Below are positions 49,710-62,246 of a DNA stretch of 64,000 nucleotides, piece by piece. Under the pieces are notes generated by a model. The model had not been told where the DNA came from, searched no databases, and was given only the letters and a program-made list of their open reading frames with translations. Where the stretch lies: NCBI GenBank assembly GCA_043228905.1, contig JBHGNT010000010.1, positions 3,100,001 to 3,164,000 of the forward strand, in the 5' to 3' direction. This stretch comes from Azolla caroliniana. Lineage: Eukaryota; Plantae; Polypodiophyta. Numbering within the stretch: position 1 is the stretch's first letter; each line of letters opens with the position of its first letter. The translations under genes and the position numbers were made by a program.

Positions 49710-52700
49710 TGTAAAGAATCATGTATGATTCTTGTGTAGCGGAAGAGATGCGTGTTATGTGTATGTGTGAGAGGAATTAGAGGAAAGATGAGAGAACACA
49801 AGATAGATAGAAAAAAAAATGAATACTCAAGAAGAAGGTGTATATTTCACAAGTAGAATAAGAATTACAAAATGTGGCATAATAAGGAGTCACAACCAAC
49901 TTAGTATTAAGTATGAGGAGGGTGCTTTATATAGAGTCACCCTCTCTCTTCATTAACTTACAACAACTACTCTCTCTCTTGGGGAATGTGAAGACTCATG
50001 GTCATGGGGAATATGTAACTCATTAGTTATGTGGCATAGAATATGATTCTATGACACATAGTTTAATGTGTAGAGAGTGGTATGACTCTTGACCTTTGAG
50101 TGCACATAGATTCTCAAAGGTGTGTTCACACGTTGTACTATGTTGACCTTGATTCTCAACACACCCCCTCAAGCTCAACTCATGTTAGTTCCTTTCGATT
50201 TATGTCCGCTTCAGTTGGTATCCGGTTCAGACAATATCTGGTTCTTGCTTGTACTCCCCCTCAAGCTTGGCAAGTCAGGGATCATCAATCTGAGGTCTGA
50301 GATGAATTGCCGAAGCTTGTCGGCTCCTAGGGCCTTGGTGAAGATGTCAGTTGTTTGAAGATTCGTGTTGATGTGTAGAAGATCAACATCTCTGGCCTAT
50401 ACGCGTTCTCGAATGAAGTGATAATGCACTTCGATGTGTTTTGTGCGTCCGTGGAACATCGGGTTCCGAGCTAGATATATACTGCTCATGTTGTCGCAGT
50501 AAATGGGAGTTAGATCCTTGATGGGGACGCCCAGATCCTTCAAAATCCTCTTGAGCCATACGGCTTTACATGCAGCTACGGCTACGCCCCTGTATTCGGC
50601 CTCCGTACTCGAAAGTGTGACAATAGGCTGCTTCTTACTACTCCAAGGTATTGCTCCGCTACCAAGCGAGAAGACAAATCCGGAGGTCGATTGTCGATTA
50701 GCTTTGTAGCCTGCCCAATCCGCGTCTATGTACCCTTCGAGTCATATTGGTGTGACTGATGCGTATAGAACGTCGTAATCCATTGTGCCGCTCACGTATC
50801 GTAATACTCGCTTAGCGCAATCAAAATGGATATCTCGCGGAGTTTGCATGAATTGGCTAAGGAGTCCGATTGGATAGCTAAGGTCGGCTCGAGTGATCGT
50901 TAGATAGATGAGACTCCTGATCAATTGACTCGCACTCGTCTGTGCTGGAGTCAACATCTAGTTTTAGGTTTTGATAAAGAGGCGTAGCAACCGATTTGCA
51001 CTCAGTCATCCCGAACTTGTATAACAAGTTGAGGATGTAGTGTCGTTGAGAGATCATAATGCCGGTCGAAATCCGAATTACTTCGATGCCAAGGAAGTAA
51101 TGGAGCTCCTTCATGTCCGTCATCTCGAATTTTCCGGAGAGTAGGGATTTGACCTTGTTCATGTCGACTAGACTTTCACCTCCAATGACTAGATCATCCA
51201 CATATAGGATGATGATAATTAGGCTTCTAGAGTCGTGTCGTACGTAGAGGGAGTTGTCAGATTTCGACATTCGAAAGCCGATTTAATGAAGATATTGTGG
51301 AATCTTCGAATGCCAAGCACGCGGTGCTTGCTTGAGGCCGTAGAGTGGCTTCTTGAGTCGGCACATGGCTTTCGGATGAGTACGCGATTCGAAGCCGGGT
51401 GGTTGTACCATGTACACCTCCTCTTCTAATTCGCCTTGAAGAAAGGCATTCTTGACATCAATTTGGTGGAGGTGCCACCCTTTTGCCACTACAAGTGCGA
51501 TCATGGTCCGCACCCGTCGTCATCTTTGCCACCGAGGCAAAGGTCTCTTCATAGTCGACTCCATGTGTTTGTGTGTATCCTTTCGCTATGAGTCGAGCTT
51601 TGTAGCGGTTGACGAAGCCGTCGACATTATACTTCACCTTGTAGATCCATTTGCAACCAATTGCCTTCTTGTGAGGTGAGTGGGGAATGAGATCCCATGT
51701 CTCGTTCTTGTGTAGTGCACGCACCTCCTCGTTCATTGTTTCGATCCATCACAGGTCCTTCGCGGCCTTGGAAAAGGTTTCCAGCTCCCGTATTGTTGCC
51801 ACCTTCATCATAAATGCGTAATGGTATGCCATGTACTCATCGTAGCTGAATGGGCTTACGGGGTTCTTTTCACGGGTGGATCGGCGGAGTTTCTCGTTTG
51901 CGGATTCTAAGGCTTTCTTCACTCCATTTGTCTGGATATCAAGGCGTTCGAACTCACTATCGAGGGAGTGAGTCGATTCGATGCTGTCGAAATGATCGTC
52001 TTCATACCCCGGCATTTTCGCCTTCCCTTTGTCCAGCTTCGAACTCGGTCGAGATGTGCTTTGATCGCTCGGAGTCTCTTGTGGTCCACTAAGCCTTGTC
52101 GTAATCGGGCTTTTTTTGGACATGCGCGTGAGTCGATCTTCGACTTCTATCTCTATTTTAGCGAAATCTGGTTCGAGCGGAATCGAAGTTGAAGTTGTCT
52201 TTGGTGCGTACCAAGATGCGGACTCGTCGAAAACGACGACTCTACTTACTCGAACTTTTCGAGTTGAGGGGTTATAGCACTTGTACCCCTTTTGCTCTAG
52301 TGAGTATCCTATGAGGATACATTTCTCCGACTTCAGGTCAAGCTTTTGTCGCTTTTCGTCGAGGATGTACACGTACGCAATGGAGCCGAATATCCGAACA
52401 TGCGATAGGTCTGGCTTCTTTTCGAAAAACTTCTCGTGCGGAGTAAGTTCGTGCACACTTGATGTCATACACCGATTCATGAGGTATATGGCCGTGTTAG
52501 CCGCCTCTGCCCAATATGACTTTGGCACGTGCTTTTCGTTCATCATGGTCCGTGCTACTTCGAGGATGTGCCGATTCTTTCGTTCGGCCACTTTGTTTTG
52601 TTGTGGCATATGTCGACACGAAAACTCTCACCGAATTCCTTCTTTTTGTAGATACACCGTAAACTCATCCGAGAATATTCCTTGCCTCCATCCAATCGAA

Positions 52701-55700
52701 GGCACCGTTGTCATAGTGTATTTTGTACACTACATGAAAAACTTATAAAGTAACGTTTTAGTAATATGAAGAAATAGAAGAAAATATCAAAATAAATAAT
52801 ACATGCATAGGGCAAGATTCAAACCTTACACCTCCATGTTAATAATGTGAAACCTTACCATTACACTAGCATTTCATTAGTGTTAAAAAGTAGATGTCCC
52901 ACATAGAAAGGTAAGTTCACCTAGGATAAACTTTAGTTAAAAGAAAAACGCATGCTAAAAGAAAAAGGCACACATTCACATCTAGCGTGCATGAACGCTA
53001 TAGTCGATAAAAAATGCACAAGTTAGAAAAATCATGATCACTTTACATAAAGCATATAGTCTATCTATAGGAAACGCATGAAGTCTATAGTTAGAGGAAA
53101 AGCATGGATTACTAAGACTCCCTCATCACTACATAAGGATGGGGAGCACAATGTAACGGGGGTGTGTGTGAAATATTTGGAAATTGGATATATTTCTTAA
53201 AACACCAATTAATAAAATATAATTGTGGGATTCAAGAAGTTTTATATAATCTCTCGCTTCCAATCTATGATAAATTGTAATTAGGATTCTAAATAGTAAT
53301 AAATCTAATAATCTATACTTGTGGGATTCACAAGTTTCTATATCTCTTTCTTGTAATCTACTCATAACTAGATTAGCCTCAAATTCTTCCTCTTCCTAGT
53401 CCAAAACCCCAGTGGTTCCCACCCGACTCATGCAACGATTCGGAGCCGAAAGGCACGACACCGTACGTGTCGACTCCACTCTTGAATTTTTGGAAGTATC
53501 CGAACACTTCACTCTTTTGCCGCATCGGGTAGATCCAAGTGTGCCTAGAGAAGTCGTCAATAAAGGTCACATAGTATCAACATCCGCCGAATGTCGCCGT
53601 TTGAGCCGGTCCCCATACATCAGAATGAATTACGTCGAGTACGCCTTTGCTTACATTCCTCTCCTTCGGAAATGAATGCTGATGTTGCTTGCCGAATTAG
53701 GAAGCCGCACATACGCCTTCAATCTCTCTCTCTTCTTGAAGGTCGGGAGTTTGATGACGACTCCTTTCAATTGCATCGCCTTGAGCTTTTGAAGGTTGAT
53801 ATGGCCAATCCGTTTGTGCCATAACTCTAGGTCGGACTCGGCTTTCGTGCCTTTTGCGAACATGGCTGATTTCATCTCGTGCGAGTCGAGAATGAACATT
53901 CGGCCCTCTCTCCGTCCGCGCACGATGAGTCATCCCTCTTTTTCGATGAAGCAACCGCCTTGATTAAATCGAACTTGCATTCCTTGCTCTACAATTTGGC
54001 CGACGGAGACCAAATTCTTCGTGATAGTTGGTACATGCAAGACATTTTTAATGTAAGTTTGCTTACCTTCTTTTCCGATTGGAACATTGCCAATGTGCTG
54101 AATCAGGTGTGTAGTGTCATCTCTGGTTTCGACATAGCTGGGTCGGTCCGGCTCTCGAAGTTCTCGGAACCATTCTTGATGGAAAGTCATATGGTTCGAG
54201 GCACTGGAATCGACGAGCCATACATCTTCCGGACTAGAGGCACTAGTAGAAGTAGAGGCCGACATAGAATTCACTTTATGTCTCATTACGAATAATCCAT
54301 CGTAATCGTCGTACTCGGATTTGGTGGCGTAGTTGGTGAGTTGTCGACTAGTGGAAGCTGACTCACATATTTTCTTACGACATTCTTCTTTGTGGTGACC
54401 GATTTTCCCGCAATATCCACATTCGACCGAGTTTTGTCGACTCGGATCGGAATGGAAGCTCCCCATTCTTCCGAAGGTTCCTTGATGGCTTCCGTCTTGA
54501 TGCCGAAATTGTGAGTTGTTTTCGTAAGTCAGGCCTCGTCTGCCTCATCCTTGACCGAATTGGCCTCTTCTTGCACGACTGAGTCCTCTTCCTCTGTCCA
54601 AATGTGTGTAGAGCATGTGGTTATCTGAGGCATTGCTCCTTGTTCGAACATGATTCTCTTCGACCAACAACATGGATTAAAGATCGAAGAAGGAGGGCAG
54701 ATTCTCCCGTGCTAGTACGACGGTCTGCATCGCGCCGAACCGTGGTGCAAGGCCACCGAGGCATATTTGCACCATTTCGTCATCCTCCACATTGACGCTT
54801 ATCGAGCCGAGTGCATCACAAAGCTCCTTGATCTTCAAGGTGTAGCTTGTAATGGACATATCCCGTTGTTGGATGTTGTTCAATTCTTGGCGGAGTTGAA
54901 GCTTTCTCCTGGTTGTATTGGCGGTGAAAATCTTTCGTAGATTCTCCCACGCTTCCTTTGGCATCTCGGCTTCTCGAATGTAGCCGAGCATGTGGTCGTG
55001 AACACATGTCGCCAAGCAATACATCACTCGGCTTGCCGCTTGCTCCCAAGTTGCATAGTCGACGTCTTTCGGGTTGGGTCGGTTTTCTTGTACTCCCTTG
55101 ATGTAACTCCAATAGCCTTGGCCGACAAGGTATTGGTGCATCTTGTACTCTCAATATGCAAAGTTGTTGCGATCCAACTTCTCGCTACGGAGAGCGCTCC
55201 CCATTTGAGTATTCATTGTCGATTAAGCTTCCTTTCTTCTTTTCCTTCTCTCTCGAACACAAGCTATGTAGTGGTACTATGATAGCGATGAGCCAGTTCT
55301 TCTTGAACGCCGACGTAGAGCACAACACACGTTCACGATGAGGCGAATGGGCTAGATCAAGCTACCAAATCGCTCTGAAAACATGTAAACAATCGGGTAT
55401 AATTCTTGTGTATCAAAAGAGATGTGGGTTATGTGTATGTGTGAGAGGAATTAGAGGAAAGATGAGAAAACACAAGATAGATAGAAAAAAAAATGCATAC
55501 TCAAGAAGAAGGTGTATATTTCACAAGTAGAATAAGAATTACAAAATGTGGCATAATAAGGAGTCACAACCAACTTAGTATTAAGTATGAGGAGGGTGCT
55601 TTATATAGAGTCACCCTCTCTCTTCATTAACTTACAACAACCACTCTCTCTCTTGAGGAATGTGAAGACTTATAGTCATGGGGAATATGTAACTCATTAG

Positions 55701-55839
55701 TTGTGTGTCATAGAATTATATTCTATGACACATAGTTTAATGTGTAGAGAGTGGTATGACTTTTGACCTTTGAGTACACATAGATTCTCAAAGGTGTGTT
55801 CACACGTTGTACTATGTTGAGAATTGTTGATTCTCAACA
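49710..55839 (-). mobile_element. Full-length defective Ty1/Copia element; 5' LTR 55384-55839, 3' LTR 49710-50161
   Basis: 5-bp TSD ATTCT (49705-49709, 55840-55844); degenerate iMet PBS at 55372-55383; PPT at 50162-50175. Gag (QYLVGQGYW), CGYCGKIGHHKEEC knuckle, WLVDSSASNHM protease, LWHKRIGH, integrase, LYVDDL RT and [11 protein letters not shown] RNase H, with many frameshifts. Confidence 0.95.
52709..53460. mobile_element. Solo LTR (752 bp) inserted in the Copia integrase
   Basis: AT-rich TGTCAT...ACGACA segment flanked by 4-bp TSD CCGT (52705-52708, 53461-53464); removing it rejoins the integrase coding sequence. Confidence 0.85.
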
Positions 55840-58710
55840 ATTCTAAAGGAGGGGTCTATTATCAAACTCACTGGATGCTAGATCAAACCATTGGAAATGC
55901 ATAGTTTTGCTTCTATCATAGTCATGTTGGGGCTACCCAACTTATGCCAGTATCGACTATCATTGAAGCCGTGACATCGTTAGCTTTATGGGAAATATGA
56001 AACTAGAATCGTCGTCGCCGAAGCTAACATGCACTGATGAGGAGTTGAACCTTATGCAAGGAGCTCTGTTAGCTCTCAGTACATCAAAAGAAATCAGTAA
56101 AGTAAGTAGAGCTCTTGCTTGCCTAAAACACAAAAAATAAGGTAAACTTTAATATTGGAAATTATTCATGTTATCTTTTACGATTAATATCCTACCTTAC
56201 TGATCCGTCCTGGAAGGGTATAACATGTACTACCTCTAATCACTCTAGTTTTGCAAATGTTATATTTGGAATTGCCAATTGGGTTCCTTAGTTGAACATG
56301 AAGGTTTTTGGTATTTTTTGAAGTACATCGTGCCATGATCGAGGGTCTAATTGAAAGACTTTTTCTATGGTGAGCTCCATTAATCTAAGATAGGATCGAA
56401 CCAACATATGTGTTCTCGACGATGGAGGGCCCGACAACTCAAGATACTTATTTTACCGACAATGACACCTTAAATTGTAGGATTTCCTAGAGCAAAGCCT
56501 TATCAACATTTGGGGTTCCCATCGTTTGCTTTACAAGAGGGTTCCAGCCCAAATATTCCATCGGTGGCTTTTGATAGTTATTTGGCTATGTTATAATGAA
56601 TTTTAGAAAATTATGTTCTTACACTAATGCAACAATCAATATTCATGGACAGTGTCGTGTCCTTAATATGTAGGACAACACATGTTCTCATGAACAACAT
56701 GTCTAGAGGGTTGTTCTATTTTCTTAGTGTGGTATGTAGACATAAATGGATGTGAGATTTATCCCCCAAGATTTATCACCACATTCTCATGTGTTAACAA
56801 TTAAGTAAGTAATTAAGCAAGGGTTAATTAGTACCTAATTATGTGATTAAGCTAAACGAAAGATTAAGTGATATGTGTGTGTATGTGTGTGAGAGGAAGA
56901 GAGAGAGAGAGATGCGCTTATGAACAACACAAGATGGGGAATGAGTAAGTATGTTAAATTAGCATTATCATCATCAAAACACAAAAATACCCACAATGAG
57001 GTATATATACATCTCATGTGCAAAGGTGCACATGTGTGAGTAGAATATAGGTACAAGGGTGTAAGTCCTATATTAAATGTATTTGGGAGTGGAGGATCTA
57101 GAATATCCTACTTAAGTAGAAGGTCCTATTTAAGGTGTTATAGTCAACACTTCAAACTAGACTCTATCTAGGTAACTACGAAGTTACATAGTTGACTAAC
57201 TAACTAAACTAAGTTGAGCTTGATCTCTCAACATCGTGTAGTGTGTTCGTAGGAGGAAAAGTGCCGAACTCCAAGTTTATGGAATATTAAAGGTTGGTTG
57301 AAGGCATGACTAAGAAGGACATGTGGTGGGATAAAAGTCAAACTAACAAAAAGATTAAGCTCAACTGGCAAGAGCTTACTCTTTTAAAGGGTTCAAATAT
57401 TGTTCAAAGGGGATATGTGGACTCGAGCAGATCGTGAAGACATTGTGAATGGATGGTCACATTGGGCCCCATGGGAAGGTAAGGGTAGGTGTAGTGCATG
57501 CTAAAAGAGGAGGTGGATTTTTCAGCTCATAAATCTGAGCACAATGTGTGAAGATACGTGAAAAATTCCTCAAATTCGACAAATTTGGAACTTCTCACTG
57601 AAGACCTCGTAAGGCTAGAACAAAGAGGTCACCATGAGGGTCATAACAATGTCCATTCATGTAAATGTATTCCATGTCTTTTCATTAGTTTGCACATCAT
57701 GGTTGGAGCTAGATAAAAAATAACATTTATCTCAAAAGTTAACATTATGTCTAGATATTAACTTTAAGGAAGGTGAGCACATTTATCTCAAGATTTCTAT
57801 GATTTCTTAGAGAAATCAATACTTGCTAAGTTGTTGAGTTCTTTGCATGGCATCTTAGTCCACTTCCATTCTGAAACAAACTAGGAGGTGTCATATAAGT
57901 CGGATTACCTTAGTTACACCGCATCAATTTATCTTAATACTCGCAAGGTGTGTTTGGCCCACTTCTTGTTATTAGAGCAAGGCACATAGAGGTCGGTTTC
58001 TCATAGGCACGAGGGAAAAGGCAACAAATGTATGGTCATGCGGTCAAAAGTCTCACATCTTCAACAGACCCGATCAAAATTTTGTGGTATTATATTGCGT
58101 CCAACACCACCGTGATGTTCTCTCAGGCACAACACCCAATAGGCAAAAAATAAAAGTTCTGGATGGCAGAGCAACCATATTTTGTTGTGATCGGTTGTTT
58201 TGCTATTTATCAGGTGGGTGTGGAATGGAGGTGACGTGTTGAGTGTGTGTCCACCACCTATAGAGGAAATGAGGAGGGGGCACTAAGGGGAGGAGAGAGG
58301 GAGGGAGGGAGGGTGTGTGTGTGGTTTGTGTGTGTGCATGTGAATGTATGTTGTGTGAGTGTGTTCACCACCCGTTCACCTATGTGCGTATGTGCGTCCA
58401 ATATCCTTCGAAGAATGAGGGGGGAGGGAATGCAAGCAAGAAGAAGCTCACCCAAGTCTTGTCTGTTTGGGACCACACAACAGGTAGAACAGAGCAAAGG
58501 TGTCTCTACATTGATTTACCGCTAGAGTAAATACTTCTTCTTTTTTACACACCTAGAAACCTTTCCTTTTGAATATTGATGTGGGTAATACTACATATGT
58601 GTGTATGTGTTTGAAGCATTGCCATTGGGGACAGAATGCATGTTGTTGTGGTGACAAAGAGGGACACAAGGCCTTTGGGGAAGTGGAAGGGGGCTTTGTG
58701 GGTGGGAAGC

Positions 58711-58856
58711 TGGCCACGTGGCGCTAGCTGATTGGCGGCACGTGGCGGGGGCTCATTGGTTCTACGTGGCAGGAGATGATTGGTGACATGTGGCAACCAA
58801 CGGACCGTTGAGAACCCTCCACGTAAGCACACTCCGAAAAAAGTTTCTCTATATAA
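58711..58856 (+). promoter_or_regulatory. ELIP proximal promoter: phased G-box/ABRE plus inverted CCAAT modules and TATA box
   Basis: ACGTGGC at 58716, 58740 and 58764 (ATGTGGC at 58788); ATTGG at 58731, 58755 and 58779; TATATAA at 58850-58856. Confidence 0.8.
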
Positions 58857-59032
58857 AGGCACGAAGAAACTCTAGAGAAAACAGAGGAAAATTACACGCA
58901 GAGGAAACAGCTTCCTTCTCTCTTCTGTCTTCTCCCTGTATTTATCTGTCTGTCTATCTATCTGTCTATCTGCTCGCAAATCTGTTCCTTCTCTCATATT
59001 ACGTGCCCTTTAATTTCTTCTCTGTCTGAGCA

Positions 59033-60552
59033 ATGGCTGCCCGTTTCGCTTTGGAGATGACAAGCTGCAGCAGCACCTCAAGCTTCCATGGCTTCTCTTC
59101 TCGCTCGCAGCTTCTCACAGTTCTAGGAAAGAGGAACTCCATGTTCAGTATCAGAGCCAGTCAGTCTGTGCCTCCCCCCAAGGTATGATAACATAAATAG
59201 ATGGTTTTAAGGTCTTTACACTTCCTGCGCCTTCTACTCTACTTTTCGTCTGCCTTTAGGGCTTAGGTAGAGGTAGCGTTAGGGTTTTAAAAATGTGGTT
59301 TCGGGTTTAGGGGGATTCGAGAAAGAGTATATAGTTTAGTAGGGATTCTTTTCGTTGGGGTGGGTTTTTTTTTCTCAGGAGTCAAGAATTTAGCTTCTGC
59401 TAGGGTTTCTGGTCTGGTTGTTTATTTAGAGTTTTAGCATACATAATCCCATTTTCTTAGGGTTTTGTTTTTCTGGGTGAGGGTATGAAGGTTTTAGAGG
59501 GTGAAAACCTAGGGTTTAATGTTTTAAGAGTACTAATTTTATTTTATTTTTTACTTTAAGCCCAGATCGATGGGGTAGGGTTTCGGGGGGTTAGATTTCA
59601 GTTTAGGGTTTAATGTATCGATGAGTACGAATTTTTTTTTAGTTCAAGCCGGATGGACGTGGTGTAGGGTACTGCTAAGGGTTTAGGGTTAAAGAGGTCG
59701 TCACCAGAGGGTTTAATAGTTTGATTAAGAGTACAAAAGTTTTTTATTTAGGGTTTTAGAGGTCACTTTTTTAAGATTTTAATGTTGTAGAGTGTGGGAA
59801 AATTTAGGGTTTTATCTTTGTGGAAAGTGCCAAAAATCTCCATGTAATTTTATGTTTGGTTCTGGTTACAGGAAAATGGTAGGGTTTTAGGGGTCACTTT
59901 CTTTAAGATTTAAATACTGTATAGAGTGTGGAAAATTTAAGATTTAAATGCTGTAAAGTCCAAAAATCTCATCTAAAATTTTTATTTTATGGGATTTAAA
60001 ATTTTTTGGTTGTGGTGACAGGAAAATGGTGGTGGAGAGAAGGCGGACGAGAAAACCTCGCCGGTGGTGTCGAGCGTGAGCTCGCCATCGCCGAAGGCGG
60101 CAATGCCACAAGCATCTGCATCTTCTGGCGGAGGAAGCGCCACGTCGGCCCCTGCGGCGGCGGCGGCGGCGGCGGCGGCAGTGAAGAAGGAGAAGAAGGT
60201 TTCGACGAACCCGATGGACGTGATGGCGTTCAGTGGGCCGGCGCCTGAGACGATAAATGGGCGGCTGGCGATGGTGGGGTTCGCGGCGGCGATGGGCGTG
60301 GAGGCGGCGACGGGGAGGGGGCTGGCGGAGCAGATCCAAGTGGGCGGCGGCGAGGCCTGGTTCGTGGCTGTGGCCCTGCTTGTCACGGCGGCGTCGTTGG
60401 TGCCCATGCTCAAAGGTGTGACCCGCGAATCCAAGGCGTCGCCTGGCTCCCTTATGTCCGCCACCGCTGAGACGTGGAATGGGCGCGCCGCCATGCTGGG
60501 CCTCGTCGCCCTCGCCGTCACCGAGTACCTCAAGCAAGGCCCCCTCATCTAA
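59033..60552 (+). CDS. ELIP: Early light-induced protein (three-helix LHC-like), 226 aa; exons 59033-59182 and 60022-60552
   Basis: Transit peptide ending FSIRASQ; KVSTN..DVMAFSGPAPETINGRLAMVGF; ASLVP; AETWNGRAAMLGLVALAVTEY; phase-0 GT-AG intron; (GCG)n poly-Ala linker. Confidence 0.95.
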
Positions 60553-61022
60553 CTAGTAGTAACTCATTTTAATTAATTACATACACACACCCCCCCCAAA
60601 ACAAAAACCTCTCCTTATACCCCGCCCATCCACACCCACAAAGCCCCTTTGAAGCCCCTTTGTATAAAAAACAAATGGAAAAAAACACACAAAAGAGCTG
60701 CTGCTGACCCTACCCACCCAACCCCCCCATTTGTCCGTCCACACCACACCATTTGTCCGCCCAAATCCCCCCACGCCCCCCCCCAAAAAAAAAATCCTCT
60801 TTTTTTTGTCTCTCTATCATTTTTATAACGATCAAGTAATACACTAAATTATTTTTTTTAGCCCTTAAGTCTAAATTTGCCCCTCTTTTACTATGTATAG
60901 TTAATGGCTTTGTTTTTTTCTTTTTACATAATAGTATTCACTCTCACTCTCTCATGGGCCAATTTTGGTCTTAGAAGACCTTAATCTCTCTCTCTCTCTC
61001 TCTCTCTTTGTGTCTTTGCCGT

Positions 61023-61309
61023 TAACAATCGGCGACGGTTCGGATTGAACCGAACCCTTAAAACCGTGGCTTAACGATTACAACGGTTTAGGTTTAGGTT
61101 TTTTAAAACGGTTCAGTTTGGTTTTCAATTGTCAAAAACCGTGGTTTAAACTAAACCGGTTTTTTATTCTTATTTTATTAAATTTGAAAACATTGTTTTT
61201 AAACAATCTTTTCATTTGTAGACCTTATTATTCTCACATTTTAGGAACATCTTTAAAAGTTTAAAATAATGAAATATTATAAATTAAACGAAACTGTTGT
61301 CGATTGTTA
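61023..61309. mobile_element. MITE, same family as 48411-48714, copy 2 (downstream of ELIP)
   Basis: TAACAATCGGCGACGGTTCGG ... CTGTTGTCGATTGTTA ends; shared interior (ttctcacattttagga); degenerate 8-bp TSD tttgccgt/tttgttat. Confidence 0.8.
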
Positions 61310-62246
61310 TTTGTTATCGGATTACATAGTTTGATATACTCTTCTCAAGAAGAGACAAGCGTGGGAGACATCTCAATATTGGGAACTCTACCATATGCTC
61401 ATGAGTAGTGATTGCACCATTGCATGGAAGAGACTGTGGGGAACCAAAAGCACAAACATCCATCGAGGATCCTAACGCTTGGCACACATATATAGAGAGA
61501 CTATACCAAACTCCAAACCAGACAACCATTGCTATGCCTTTTACACCTAGACCTACCATAGGAACATTTTTATGCCCTCTAGGGTAAGTAAGGTAAGTAA
61601 GAAATTAAACATTGAAAGTTTATGGATTTCATAGGATTATGGGTTGCTGACCACATTATATATGCTCAAGAGTGCCTAGCTCCTTTTCTCACTCTACTCT
61701 TCAATTGTGCTCTCACGAAGGGTTTTCCACCACAATGGAACATGAACATATTGGCCCATATAAATAATGGAGAGGACCCATGAACCCAAATAAATATAGG
61801 ACCATAATGGCTACATGTTCGCTATAATTATATGGTGTAGTAGTACTAGGCAGTCGGCTTTAGATGAGTCTTCTTACTATTGACCATATCTTCACACTTA
61901 AATGCTTAATTGACCACACCAAGGCTTGTAAGAAGAAATTGTATTGTTGTTTTGTGGAAATTTAGAAGTAGAGAGCGGTTGTTTGATAGGCTTGAAAGCT
62001 TGGAGATACCGGATGACATGATTTGGGTCATCTATATGCTTTATATGAGCAAGTCTCTAGGTGTGTATAATGTCCCGACAGCCTATCCAATTGTTTCATT
62101 AGCACGATTTGTGTAAAACAAGGTTGTCCCCTATCATTGACTCCATTTGGGATTTCCATTGATGAGATAATTGATTTTATTGCTCATAATGGAGGCAATG
62201 GAGTAGTCATGGGGGTTCGCAAGTCAATCTCTTGCTCTATATAGAT

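Noticed and set aside
59944-60548. 197-aa and 188-aa antisense ORFs over ELIP exon 2
   Set aside because: Shadow ORFs of a GC3-rich exon.
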